Source: Chitinophagaceae bacterium (lineage in GTDB: Bacteria > Bacteroidota > Bacteroidia > Chitinophagales > Chitinophagaceae). Taken from it: a stretch of DNA of 36,403 nt. The translations under genes were made by a program, and so were the position numbers. The stretch spans positions 1 through 36,403 of the forward strand of contig DASQNW010000353.1 of NCBI GenBank assembly GCA_035644775.1, written 5' to 3'. Numbering within the stretch: the first letter of the stretch is position 1; each line of letters starts with the position of its first letter. This document shows, in pieces, positions 18,876 through 28,748 of the stretch. Below the pieces are notes generated by a model that saw only the letters and a program-made list of their open reading frames with translations, made no database searches and had not been told where the DNA came from.

Positions 18876-19753
18876 CGAGCAGGCTTTTTTTGTTGTTCAA
18901 TTTTCAGCCGGGTTTCTTCTTCAAGCTTCAGTTGTTCCGAGCGTTGCAAATTTTCTACTACGAACACCTGCTGTACGGCGTTGAAATTCACGGCAGTCCT
19001 CAACCGCAGTAGATAGAAGCCTGAGCTTTGATCAATAGCAATGCTGTTAATGGTACCAATGAGGAAATTGGGAGGGTAGTTGTAAGAATAGATACTGGTT
19101 ACAATCGAATCGCCTTTCTTTACTTCAACGTCCTTAGAAATACCTCTTAGTAATAAATAACGCGGATCCTTCGCGTCCCATTCTACTGTTCCAAAAACAC
19201 TTGATCGCTTCAGAGAAGCGGGAACCCTGCTCTTGGTATGCAGAAGGCTCATGATCTGGCTGAAATTAGCACTTGTATTGACCACGACTCCTACCAGGGC
19301 GCCATCCGAGTTCAAAACAGCCATGTTGTCGCGGATTCCCTGATCAAAGCCGCGGTTGATCTGGATGTAATTCTGGTCGAAGTTAACAGAGTTGTAGACA
19401 ACCTTCGCTTCACGCCACAAGTAGCGGCGAGCCGACTTTGTAGAATCGTTTATTTGCAAAGAATCTATTACACTTCTTGAAGACGTGTCTACAGGCAAAT
19501 AGTTAAGCCGCATCAAATTCATTAAAGAATCATTCATCCGGTGAACACGCCTGTTCTCTTCTCTAAGGTGAAAATAATCATCTACTTTGTCTACCTGCGT
19601 GTTGATCCGGCCAGTAACTTCATTAGACATTCCCAGGAAAACAGTTCTGTGAAATCTGTTGTAGTTGAATAACATCCAGAGAGCTATGCCCTGCAACACT
19701 AAAAAGCAGACAAATACAAAGTACCGCCGGATAAAAAGAAAGATGTTACGCAT
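18872..19753 (-). CDS. mreC: Rod shape-determining protein MreC
   Basis: N-terminal TM, LREEN coiled coil, INRGFDQGI and GDSIVTS motifs. Confidence 0.94.
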   Translation of the reverse strand: MRNIFLFIRRYFVFVCFLVLQGIALWMLFNYNRFHRTVFLGMSNEVTGRINTQVDKVDDYFHLREENRRVHRMNDSLMNLMRLNYLPVDTSSRSVIDSLQINDSTKSARRYLWREAKVVYNSVNFDQNYIQINRGFDQGIRDNMAVLNSDGALVGVVVNTSANFSQIMSLLHTKSRVPASLKRSSVFGTVEWDAKDPRYLLLRGISKDVEVKKGDSIVTSIYSYNYPPNFLIGTINSIAIDQSSGFYLLRLRTAVNFNAVQQVFVVENLQRSEQLKLEEETRLKIEQQKKPAR

Positions 19754-19850
19754 ACCTCACCCACTGATCCTCTTTACAGGAGGAGTTTTGTAGAACACTC
19801 CGAAATATGGTGACAGGTCATTTACTGTAATTGAATATTTCGAAACTATC

Positions 19851-20876
19851 TTACCGCATCACGAACGGATAACGTTCGTAGTTCTTCAGCGCCAACCCAG
19901 TTCCGCGTACAACGCTTTTGAGTGGATCGTCTGCTACGTGTACAGGCAATTTTATTTTTTGGCTCAACCGCTTATCAAGCCCTTTGAGCAATGCACCACC
20001 ACCAGTAAGGTACAGCCCTCTTCTATAAATGTCGGCCGCGAGTTCGGGTGGCGTTTGTTCTAATGCTTTAAGAATCGCTTCTTCCATTTTGAAGATGCTT
20101 TTATCTAAGGCTTCTGCTATTTCCTGGTAGCTTACATAAATCTGCTTTGGAATACCTGTTACGAGGTCACGACCATTTACAGGAATATCATCTGGAGGAT
20201 TGTCAAGGTCCTTCATCGCCGAACCTATCTGAATTTTTATTTGTTCCGCCGTCCGCTCCCCAATAAGTAGGCTATGGTAGCGCCTGAGCGCCTCCATAAT
20301 ATCAGCAGTGAACTCATCACCCGCAATGCGGATAGACTGGTCGCACACTATACCAGCCAGGGCAATAACTGTAATGCCGGTGGTACCACCGCCAATATCA
20401 ATGATCATGTTACCGACGGGTTCTTCCACGTCAATGCCAATCCCCAGCGCTGCGGCCATTGGCTCATGTATCAGGTATACTTCTTTGGCGCCAGCTTGTT
20501 CAGCACTGTCTCTTACGGCACGCTTTTCTACTTCTGTTATTGATGATGGAATGCAGATCATCATGCGCCAGCTTGGGGGAAAAAGCGGTTTTCTCGGATA
20601 AACCATTTTGATCATTTCCCTTAGCATCAGTTCAGCAGCATTGAAATCTGCAATCACTCCATCCTTTAATGGTCGAACGGTTTTGATGCTTTCATGGGTC
20701 TTTTCGTGCATCATCAAAGCACGTTTACCTACCGCTAATACTTCTTTAGGATTGTTTCGGTTCAGTGCTACGATGGATGGTTCATTCACTACTACATCGT
20801 CATTGTGTATAATCAGGGTATTGGCTGTGCCTAGATCTATGGCTATTTCCTGAGTGAACCAGTTAAAAAGTCCCAT
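19851..20876 (-). CDS. mreB: Actin-like rod shape protein MreB
   Basis: IDLGTANT, RPLKDGVIADF, EPMAAA, DIGGGTT and LTGGGALL motifs. Confidence 0.98.
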   Translation of the reverse strand: MGLFNWFTQEIAIDLGTANTLIIHNDDVVVNEPSIVALNRNNPKEVLAVGKRALMMHEKTHESIKTVRPLKDGVIADFNAAELMLREMIKMVYPRKPLFPPSWRMMICIPSSITEVEKRAVRDSAEQAGAKEVYLIHEPMAAALGIGIDVEEPVGNMIIDIGGGTTGITVIALAGIVCDQSIRIAGDEFTADIMEALRRYHSLLIGERTAEQIKIQIGSAMKDLDNPPDDIPVNGRDLVTGIPKQIYVSYQEIAEALDKSIFKMEEAILKALEQTPPELAADIYRRGLYLTGGGALLKGLDKRLSQKIKLPVHVADDPLKSVVRGTGLALKNYERYPFVMR

Positions 20877-21137
20877 GCTGCTTCTATTGGATTTAGTTTT
20901 TTTGAGGTTTGCGCAAAGTTGCTGTAAATAATTCGAATTGGCAAAGCAAAAAGAAAGCGTCTCAAATCCACTTCAGGCACCTGTGAAGCGACGAAGCGGA
21001 ACTATATTGATGTAGCATCCTTATGTGGAGTGCTTTCAACAGCAGTGTTGTTTTTTTGGTGCATTTGATGCAGTGGCAACGTACGACCAAGGAGGGATTC
21101 AGTTATACTACTAAAATCCATTATACATTTTGGGGTT

Positions 21138-21153
21138 TGGCACGGTAATCGTA
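21138..21153 (+). promoter_or_regulatory. Sigma-54-like -24/-12 promoter
   Basis: TGGCACG-GTAA-TCGTA versus consensus TGGCACG-N4-TTGCW: perfect -24 box, correct spacing, two mismatches in the -12 box. Confidence 0.5.
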
Positions 21154-21343
21154 AAATATACGTGTGCACAATGAAGACCTTTTAACTCAAGATATGGTGT
21201 TGGATACAGGTAGGTCTGAAAAAGTGAAGTGCGAAATGTGCCATGTATTACACCCGTCAACGAAGACGCAGAAATCAGCCGAGGAATGAGGTTTTGTATA
21301 CGGCGGAATAGTGGCTGAATTTGCTAACGTATGATGAACACCT

Positions 21344-21373
21344 AAAGGCGATGAACTCTCATCGCCTTTTTTT
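21344..21373 (+). terminator. Intrinsic terminator upstream of comEC with no annotated gene feeding it
   Basis: AAAGGCGATGA-ACTC-TCATCGCCTTT (11 bp) followed by a T-run. Confidence 0.8.
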
Positions 21374-21408
21374 CGTTATAATATTATCCAAATTTTTTAT
21401 CTTTTGGT

Positions 21409-23487
21409 GTGGCAGCCAAAACGATATACCTGTGGCAGAGAGTGCCTTCTCTTCGGCTTTTACTTCCTTTGATCGTCGGCATCATTGTTCAGACCTACGC
21501 TCCATTAACACTCAATTTTATCGTTGCTGTAGGCCTTCTTTCTATTTTCTTTATTATTACCTATTCGTTTTTCTCAGACGCCTGGAAGTTTAAACTCGCA
21601 CCTGCAAACGGTTTGGCGCTTCAGCTTGCCGTCCTTATGCTTGGTGCTTGCCTTACTTACAAAAACGACATTCGCAATCATCCGCTTTGGTTCGGAAAGC
21701 AGTATCGAGCAGGCAACTACTTGTTGGTAAACCTGCTGGAACCATTGGTAGAGAAGAAGAAAACATACAAGGCATTGGGCCAGGTTCAATCAGTAATCGC
21801 TGATGGTAAGGTTGTTCCAGCGAATGGTCACATATTAATTTATTTCAGAAAAGACAGTTCATTGCCTCCACTTACAATAGGTTCTCAACTGCTCGTTAAC
21901 AGACCTCTGGAAGACGTTCGTAATTCCGGAAATCCAGGAAGCTTCAACTACAAGCAATATCTATTATTCAAAGGTATAACGCACCAGTTGAATTTACTGC
22001 CACATGAATTTGTGGTTCAGGGGACGAAAGTGCCTGATCTTGTTCGTTCAAAAATCTTCAGCATTCGAAAAACTGTGGTTCGTACGCTTCGGAAGTATAT
22101 TGGCAGCGGAAGGGAGAGCGGTTTTGCGGAAGCTCTGTTGATTGGCTACAAAGATGATCTGGATAAGAACCTTGTGCAGTCATACTCCAACACAGGCGTA
22201 GTTCATATCATTGCAATTTCAGGTTTGCATCTGGGCTTGATTTATGGCATTCTTGTATGGCTTACAAAAGCATTCAGAAAAAGAAGATCGCTGCAGTGGC
22301 TCAGGTTTAGCATTATCACCATAGGTCTGTGGGCATTTGCATTTGTGGCTGGTGGTCATCCTTCGGTGTTGCGATCGGCCGTAATGTTTAGCTGCATCGC
22401 AGTCAGCGGTCTGATCTTCCGGCGATCACATGTAATAAACACACTTGCATTCTCTGCTTTCTTGTTGCTTTGTTTCAACCCTTTTTGGCTCTGGGACGTA
22501 GGGTTTCAACTTTCCTATTCTGCGGTGTTGAGCATACTTGTCTTTTATCAGCCCATTTACAATGCTATCTACGTGAAGAACAAGCTTCTCAATTTTGTAT
22601 GGCAGCTATCCGCTGTAAGCCTCGCTGCACAAGTGCTTACCTCTCCAATTAGTATCTATCACTTTCACCAGTTTCCTCTCTTGTTTTTACCAGCAAACCT
22701 GGTTGCCGTACCCCTGGCAGGTGTCATATTAACGAGTGAGATGATACTGCTTCTGGTTTCACCATTTGAACAGCTCGGGAATTTTTTAGGATTTCTGTTG
22801 CAGACAATAATCTCGCTTTTGAACAACTACATCGAGTATCTGGATAAATGGCCTTTTGCAGTTTGGAATCAGCTCTCAATAGATATCTATCAGCTTTTTT
22901 TCCTGTTTGGGTTCATCATTGCAGCAGCCTTTTTTCTCTTGCAGAAACATAAAGGGTCCGCTTGGGCCGCGTCTGTGTTCCTTTTATTTTTTATGGTAAG
23001 CCGGACAGCTTCATTCATCAGGGCCCAGCAGCAAGCCAAGATCATTGTATACAATACACCAGGCTTAAGGGCAATTGACCTGATTGTTGGGAGGAAGTAT
23101 ATATTCATCGGCGATTCAGTACTTCGCGTTGACGGTGTGTTAAGGAATTTTCATTTGCAACCATCCCGGGTTTTGCACCGGACCCGTGCCTTGCCCATGC
23201 ACGCAAATAGCCCAAGATCATTCATGCTAAACCGAAGAAAAGTGCTCCTCATCGACAGCACTTTTAGCACCCTAGCAGGCAAGCCTCACTTTGATGTGGT
23301 TATATTCTCAGGTAAGTCCAAGATCGGGATGCAAGATCTACAGACTAAATGCACATTCAGGCAAATAGTTTTAGACGGAGCGGTGCCATTTAAACAAAGA
23401 AATAGATTGAGGCAGGATTGCGACTCACTTGGTGTTCTCTGTCACGATGTTTCCAAGGATGGTGCTTTTGTGATGAATGTGCTGTAA
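21409..23487 (+). CDS. comEC: ComEC/Rec2 competence DNA-uptake channel
   Basis: NPGSFNYKQYL, GVVHIIAISGLH, PSVLRS, DVGFQLSY and PANLVAVP motifs. GTG start. Confidence 0.93.
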   Translation: MAAKTIYLWQRVPSLRLLLPLIVGIIVQTYAPLTLNFIVAVGLLSIFFIITYSFFSDAWKFKLAPANGLALQLAVLMLGACLTYKNDIRNHPLWFGKQYRAGNYLLVNLLEPLVEKKKTYKALGQVQSVIADGKVVPANGHILIYFRKDSSLPPLTIGSQLLVNRPLEDVRNSGNPGSFNYKQYLLFKGITHQLNLLPHEFVVQGTKVPDLVRSKIFSIRKTVVRTLRKYIGSGRESGFAEALLIGYKDDLDKNLVQSYSNTGVVHIIAISGLHLGLIYGILVWLTKAFRKRRSLQWLRFSIITIGLWAFAFVAGGHPSVLRSAVMFSCIAVSGLIFRRSHVINTLAFSAFLLLCFNPFWLWDVGFQLSYSAVLSILVFYQPIYNAIYVKNKLLNFVWQLSAVSLAAQVLTSPISIYHFHQFPLLFLPANLVAVPLAGVILTSEMILLLVSPFEQLGNFLGFLLQTIISLLNNYIEYLDKWPFAVWNQLSIDIYQLFFLFGFIIAAAFFLLQKHKGSAWAASVFLLFFMVSRTASFIRAQQQAKIIVYNTPGLRAIDLIVGRKYIFIGDSVLRVDGVLRNFHLQPSRVLHRTRALPMHANSPRSFMLNRRKVLLIDSTFSTLAGKPHFDVVIFSGKSKIGMQDLQTKCTFRQIVLDGAVPFKQRNRLRQDCDSLGVLCHDVSKDGAFVMNVL

Positions 23488-23497
23488 CCTACCTTTG
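23467..23497 (+). promoter_or_regulatory. purH promoter (-33/-7) overlapping the comEC 3' end
   Basis: TTTG at 23467-23470, 19-nt spacer, TACCTTTG at 23490-23497. Confidence 0.75.
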
Positions 23498-23529
23498 CCG
23501 CCTCTTTTGATTTTCCATAATTATCAACC

Positions 23530-25047
23530 ATGAACAAGAAAATAAATTCCGCACTTATTTCTGTGTTTTATAAAGATGGACTCGAACCGCTTGTGAAAGA
23601 ATTAAGTCAGCAGGGTACAACGATCTATTCAACTGGCGGAACTCAGAAGTTTATTGAACAATTGGGGGTTGCAGTTGTTCCGGTGGAGGATCTTACCACC
23701 TATCCATCTATTCTTGGCGGCCGGGTTAAAACGCTACATCCGACAGTTTTTGGAGGCATTTTAGGGAGGCGAGGAAATCAGCAAGATCTTGATGAAATGA
23801 AACAATTCAACATTCCATCTATTGATCTGGTGATTGTTGATCTTTATCCATTCCAGGAAACTTTGGCTTCGACAAACGAAGAAAAAGCGATCATCGAAAA
23901 AATTGATATTGGCGGGCCGTCTATGATGAGAGCCGCAGCTAAGAACTTCAGCGACGTTACGGTGCTTGCGGCAAAAGACGATTATCAGAAACTGGTACAG
24001 ATCTTACAGCAGCAAAATGGAGAGGTGACATTGGAGCAAAGGAGATTTTTTGCCGGTCGGGCGTTCGCTGTGGTCGCCGATTACGACATCGCTATATACA
24101 ACTATTTCCATTCAGATCAGCCGATAACAATTTTAGGGGGTGGACAAAAAGCGGTGTTACGCTATGGCGAAAACCCTCACCAGTCTTCCAGTTTTTTTGG
24201 TGACTTGAACAGCTGTTTCGACCAGCTGCACGGCAAAGAAATATCTTACAACAATCTGGTTGACATAGACGCTGCAATAGAACTGATCAAAGAATTCGAA
24301 AAGGGTAATGATGCTGTGTTTGCAATCATTAAACACACTAATGTTTGTGGAATAGCACAAAGAGCTACCATAGCTGAAGCATGGAAGGATGCACTCGCTG
24401 GTGACCCGGAAAGTGCGTTTGGTGGTGTGCTGATAACGAATTCGAATGTGGACGCAGCCACGGCAGAAGCAATTAGCGAGTTGTTCTTTGAAGTGTTAAT
24501 AGCGCCTTCTTACCACGACGATGCTTTACAAAAACTTAAAGCAAAGAAAAACCGGATCTTACTGCAGTTAAAGAATACCAGCACAACCAGAAATATCTAT
24601 AAGAACGCTGTGAATGGCACTCTGATGCAGGAAAAAGATGAAGGGAATTATGAGAAGTGGGAAGAAGTCGGAGGGAGAAATACATCTCAATCAGAAAAAG
24701 AAGATCTGACATTCGCCAACATAGTCTGCAAACACTTGAAGTCGAATGCAATCTCTTTGGTAAAAGATAAACAACTGATCGGCAAAGGATGTGGACAGAC
24801 CAGTCGCATTGATGCGCTGCGACACGCCATTGAAAAGGCAAAGCAGTTCCATTTTGATTTAGATGGCGCTGTAATGGCTAGCGATGCTTTCTTCCCTTTC
24901 AATGATTGTGTGAAGATGGGACATGAAGTAGGTATAGCAGCGTTCATTCAACCAGGCGGATCGATCAGGGACAAAGACAGTATCGATTACTGCAAAGAAC
25001 ACCAGCTCGCTATGGTGTTTACTGGTACGCGGCATTTTCGACATTAA
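23530..25047 (+). CDS. purH: Bifunctional AICAR transformylase/IMP cyclohydrolase
   Basis: ALISV, STGGT, GGRVKTLHP, IDIGGP, LRYGENPHQ, SDAFFPF and TGTRHFRH motifs. Confidence 0.98.
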   Translation: MNKKINSALISVFYKDGLEPLVKELSQQGTTIYSTGGTQKFIEQLGVAVVPVEDLTTYPSILGGRVKTLHPTVFGGILGRRGNQQDLDEMKQFNIPSIDLVIVDLYPFQETLASTNEEKAIIEKIDIGGPSMMRAAAKNFSDVTVLAAKDDYQKLVQILQQQNGEVTLEQRRFFAGRAFAVVADYDIAIYNYFHSDQPITILGGGQKAVLRYGENPHQSSSFFGDLNSCFDQLHGKEISYNNLVDIDAAIELIKEFEKGNDAVFAIIKHTNVCGIAQRATIAEAWKDALAGDPESAFGGVLITNSNVDAATAEAISELFFEVLIAPSYHDDALQKLKAKKNRILLQLKNTSTTRNIYKNAVNGTLMQEKDEGNYEKWEEVGGRNTSQSEKEDLTFANIVCKHLKSNAISLVKDKQLIGKGCGQTSRIDALRHAIEKAKQFHFDLDGAVMASDAFFPFNDCVKMGHEVGIAAFIQPGGSIRDKDSIDYCKEHQLAMVFTGTRHFRH

Positions 25048-25109
25048 ATATTTTTAAGAGTCGGAACAAAGGTTCTCTTCAAAAATCAACAAAGAAGTTA
25101 TTAAACTCG

Positions 25110-26054
25110 ATGAAAAGTGCTACTTCAGCAGTGGAGGGCTCAATGGACTCAGCGTACGTTCCAGAGTCGAAGGTGAAGACAAAAGCATTCATCGCTTTGG
25201 GACTTGTATGTTTTTTTTGGGGCACCACCTGGGTTGTTTCAAGGCAAGGGGTACTGCATATGCCTGCATTGCAGTTTGCTGCTATCAGACAACTGCTGGG
25301 AGGCTTTTGTTATGTTGTATTTTTTACGGTGCGGGGTTACAGATTGCCTCGTGGCAGAGAGTGGAGAACAGTCATCATCCTAAGCATTCTGAACTTTGTA
25401 TGTAGTAATGGGCTTTCTACCTGGGGCGTTCGCTATATTTCGGCTGGTCTTGCGTCGATCATTAGTGCAATATTTCCTTTATGGCTGGTAGTGATTAGCC
25501 TTTTTACATTGAAATCCAAAATGCCGCGAAAGACACTATTGGGAATGTTGCTTGGATTTTCGGGCATCTGTGTCATCTTTTATGAGCACCTGAAAGATTT
25601 TCTTGTGCCGGAATTTAGGTTTGGCATCTGTCTTTCTTTGTTAGCAACGATTACCTGGGCCTTCGGAACACTGTATACAAAAAGGCAGGCAACGGAATTC
25701 AATCCTTATTTTAGTTTGGGATTGCAGATGGTGATCTCAGGTTTTATTTTGCTGAGTGCTTGTAATTATACTAACAACGCAATAGCCCTTTCAGCTATTC
25801 CCTGGCAATCGTGGGCATCAATAACTTTTCTGATTGTTTTTAGCTCCATCCTCTGCTTTGTAGCTTATTTGTATGCATTGCAGCACCTGCCCACAGCACA
25901 GGTGTCTTTATATGCTTACATTAACCCAATTGTTGCCATTGTTATAAGCACAAGCTTCTTCAATGAGGTGGTTACTCCTTTTATGCTCTTGGGCGGTCTG
26001 ATCACACTTTATGGCATTTACCTGGTGAACAGATCAATTGCTAAGATTATTTAA
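25110..26054 (+). CDS. EamA/DMT-family transporter
   Basis: FWGTT and YAYINPIVA motifs; about 10 TM segments in two repeats. Confidence 0.9.
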   Translation: MKSATSAVEGSMDSAYVPESKVKTKAFIALGLVCFFWGTTWVVSRQGVLHMPALQFAAIRQLLGGFCYVVFFTVRGYRLPRGREWRTVIILSILNFVCSNGLSTWGVRYISAGLASIISAIFPLWLVVISLFTLKSKMPRKTLLGMLLGFSGICVIFYEHLKDFLVPEFRFGICLSLLATITWAFGTLYTKRQATEFNPYFSLGLQMVISGFILLSACNYTNNAIALSAIPWQSWASITFLIVFSSILCFVAYLYALQHLPTAQVSLYAYINPIVAIVISTSFFNEVVTPFMLLGGLITLYGIYLVNRSIAKII

Positions 26055-26109
26055 AAGACTTACCAGCTGGAATGACTTCAACCGAGGAAAACATGTTCCG
26101 CCAGGCAAA

Positions 26110-27492
26110 TTAACGCCGTGGTTTTTTAGACTGCTGCCATTGCTGGCTAAATGACTGATCGGGAAAATCTAGTTTACTCCTGTTTCTTTTCCAGTCCTTC
26201 ACAAAATTATTTACCACCCAATTCTTTGCCCTGCCGGGAGCTAAATTCAGGATGCTCCGGTGCAACATAGCCGCTTTCCAAAACTTCCATGCGGTCTTTT
26301 CAGCAAGAGTTGAATATTTCTCTTCGATTGCCTGGTGCCGGTTTTCCAACAGCAGTTCGTGTAGGTTTATTTTCACTGCGCATACTTCTGTGCAATTGCC
26401 GCATAGCGACGAAGCATAACTGAGGTGTTTCCAATCGTCCAACCCTCTGAGGTGTGGTGTTATTACAGAGCCGATTGGGCCACTATAGGTGGTGCCGTAA
26501 GCATGTCCGCCCACGTTTTTGTAAACTGGGCATGCATTCAGGCATGCGCCACAGCGGATGCAGTACAGCGACTCTCTTGTTTTTGGATTAGCGAGTATGT
26601 TTGTGCGGCCATTGTCAAGCAAGATCACGTACATATCTTCTGGTCCATCCATTTCCGATGCTTGCCTTGGACCAGTTATTACCGAATTGTAAACAGTGAC
26701 CTTTTGACCCGTACCGTAGGTGGCTAGTAGTGGCCAGAACAGTGCAAGATCGGAGATTGAAGGAATAACTTTTTCAATGCCCACAATAACGATGTGTGTT
26801 TTTGGCCAGGCACAGCTTAGGCGTGCGTTACCTTCGTTCTCAGTCACAGCAATGCCACCAATATCTGCAATGATGAAATTTGCTCCCGTTATACCTATCT
26901 CGGCACTCGTATATTTTTCCCTCAGTTTTTCTCGTGCAATTTGTGTTAACTGGCTTGGGGTGAGGTTGGGCGCGGTGCCAAGTTTGTCGGCAAACAGACG
27001 AGCAACATCCTCCTTGCTTTTGTGCATTGCTGGCGTAACAATATGGTAAGGTGGCTCATCGTCGAGCTGCTGTATGTACTCTCCAAGATCTGTTTCTACA
27101 CTTTCAATATTATTTTTTGCAAGAAATTTATTTAGGTGCAATTCTTCAGTAACCATGCTCTTGCTCTTTACTATTGTGGAGCAAGATTTCTGTTGACAGA
27201 TGTTTAGAATTTCGCTGAGCGCTTCATCTGCAGTCTCTGCCCAGATCACTTTTGCACCTCTGCTGCTAATTGCTGTTTCAAATGTTTCCAACTGTGCATC
27301 CAGAGATTCGATTGCTTTCCATTTAATGTTCTTGGCTTTTTCTCTCGCCACCCCCACATCAGTAAACTGCTGTTTTCCGGCGGGCACAACCGCATTATAC
27401 CGCCCTATATTGAAATTTATTTTTCTACGGTGCTCTCTATCGGCAGCTTTCACACTGCTGTTCTTTATAAAACTCGATGAATTTTCAGCCAT
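26110..27492 (-). CDS. lutB: Lactate utilization Fe-S protein LutB/LldF
   Basis: KSKSMVTEE, ETDLGEYIQQL, PYHIVTPAMH, ENEGN, CIRCGACLNACP and SSLCGNCTEVC motifs. Confidence 0.92.
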   Translation of the reverse strand: MAENSSSFIKNSSVKAADREHRRKINFNIGRYNAVVPAGKQQFTDVGVAREKAKNIKWKAIESLDAQLETFETAISSRGAKVIWAETADEALSEILNICQQKSCSTIVKSKSMVTEELHLNKFLAKNNIESVETDLGEYIQQLDDEPPYHIVTPAMHKSKEDVARLFADKLGTAPNLTPSQLTQIAREKLREKYTSAEIGITGANFIIADIGGIAVTENEGNARLSCAWPKTHIVIVGIEKVIPSISDLALFWPLLATYGTGQKVTVYNSVITGPRQASEMDGPEDMYVILLDNGRTNILANPKTRESLYCIRCGACLNACPVYKNVGGHAYGTTYSGPIGSVITPHLRGLDDWKHLSYASSLCGNCTEVCAVKINLHELLLENRHQAIEEKYSTLAEKTAWKFWKAAMLHRSILNLAPGRAKNWVVNNFVKDWKRNRSKLDFPDQSFSQQWQQSKKPRR

Positions 27493-27495
27493 GTT

Positions 27496-28086
27496 TTAGT
27501 GTTTAGCCGATTTGGCCTCAAAGTAATCAGTAGCAATTTTGTGCAAGGTTTCGTAAAATTCTTCTCCGAATTTACGCACCAGCGCCTCTTTTAGAAATTG
27601 GTAAACGGGGAGCTTTGCTTTTTTGCCGAGAACACAACCTGGGCGACAAAGCACTTCCCGAGGTTCGTAGTTCACCATTGTAAAGGTTTTGGTCTGATTA
27701 GTTTTGATAGGGTATAAGTGACAGCTGATCGGCTTCTTCCACTGTGTTTTTCCATCGTTATATGCCGCTTCAAATGCACACATGATGATGCCCTTGCCAT
27801 TCCGAAATCCGTATGCACATATGGCATTGCCAACAGTAGGGGTGACCCAGCCAAACTCTCGATCATAAACAAACTTTCCTGACTTTTTTATCTCTGCAAG
27901 CCCTTCTGCAGTCAGGTAAGGCTTCACCGCTTTGAAGCTCTCTCTAATGCGTTGCATTTCTTCTTTCTCAAGAGGAGCTCCGGCATCGCCGTCTTCACAA
28001 CAGCCGCCTTTACATTTGTCAAGGTCGCAAACAAACTTAGCCTCTACAACATCATCGCTCACAAGCACCTTGTCAATTGCTATCAC
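27496..28086 (-). CDS. DUF3109-family Cys-rich protein
   Basis: FVCDLDKCKGGCCEDGDAGAPL, KPISCHLYP and FLKEALVRKFG motifs. GTG start. Confidence 0.85.
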   Translation of the reverse strand: MIAIDKVLVSDDVVEAKFVCDLDKCKGGCCEDGDAGAPLEKEEMQRIRESFKAVKPYLTAEGLAEIKKSGKFVYDREFGWVTPTVGNAICAYGFRNGKGIIMCAFEAAYNDGKTQWKKPISCHLYPIKTNQTKTFTMVNYEPREVLCRPGCVLGKKAKLPVYQFLKEALVRKFGEEFYETLHKIATDYFEAKSAKH

Positions 28087-28154
28087 AACGGTATTTTTTT
28101 TACAAGTTAAGAATGAAGGGGAGCATCAGATGTACAAAGGAAATTGTTTCTTTT

Positions 28155-28748
28155 TTATTTCCATTGAAGCGTATTAATCAAGTGTTGCAGGTCCTTCTGC
28201 AAAAAAGCATTCACAGGCCTAAGCGAATCTTCGTTCGGCACAGCATTAAAGTACAATGCCCCTCTTAAGAAATGCCGGACAGAGTCTGTTACAAAAAACT
28301 GGTTAGCAGTTGCTGTATTTCCTTTCAATGTAAAGAAGATGCCGCTAAGATTGTTGGGAGTAGTGAATGCTGCAGGCTCTATTGCTGATGCTTTATAAGT
28401 GTGCTGTTTATACGACATGGTGAACGCGTCATTCACCAGGGAATCAAACTTGTTTTTTCCTATCTGTTTATAGCTGATATGAATTTTGCCATTGAACTGA
28501 GGAAAGTTAATGTTTATCCAGTACGGGTTTTCTGCTTTCTCTTCAAAGAAAAGGGAATCCTTTACTATCTCAGAATAGACAGGATACTCGAAGGTGTAGG
28601 GATATGAAGGCGAGTCGAACTTTTGATATGTTTTTTGCGGTAAATCTATCTTAAAATACCCGCGAGGTTTTATTGTATAATCGTTATTGCAAGCTAAGAA
28701 AAAGATGGTCATACATACCAAAAGGGCTCCCCTAGTCGTCTTTATCAT
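28155..28748 (-). CDS. gldD: Gliding motility lipoprotein GldD
   Basis: Lipobox FLAC, KPRGYFKI, GNTATANQFFVTDS, HFLRGALYF and PNEDSL motifs. Start set at ATG 28748, overlapping the gldE end. Confidence 0.92.
   Translation of the reverse strand: MIKTTRGALLVCMTIFFLACNNDYTIKPRGYFKIDLPQKTYQKFDSPSYPYTFEYPVYSEIVKDSLFFEEKAENPYWININFPQFNGKIHISYKQIGKNKFDSLVNDAFTMSYKQHTYKASAIEPAAFTTPNNLSGIFFTLKGNTATANQFFVTDSVRHFLRGALYFNAVPNEDSLRPVNAFLQKDLQHLINTLQWK

Noticed and set aside
21321-21593. 90-aa ORF overlapping the comEC start
   Set aside because: Runs through a terminator hairpin and overlaps comEC out of frame.
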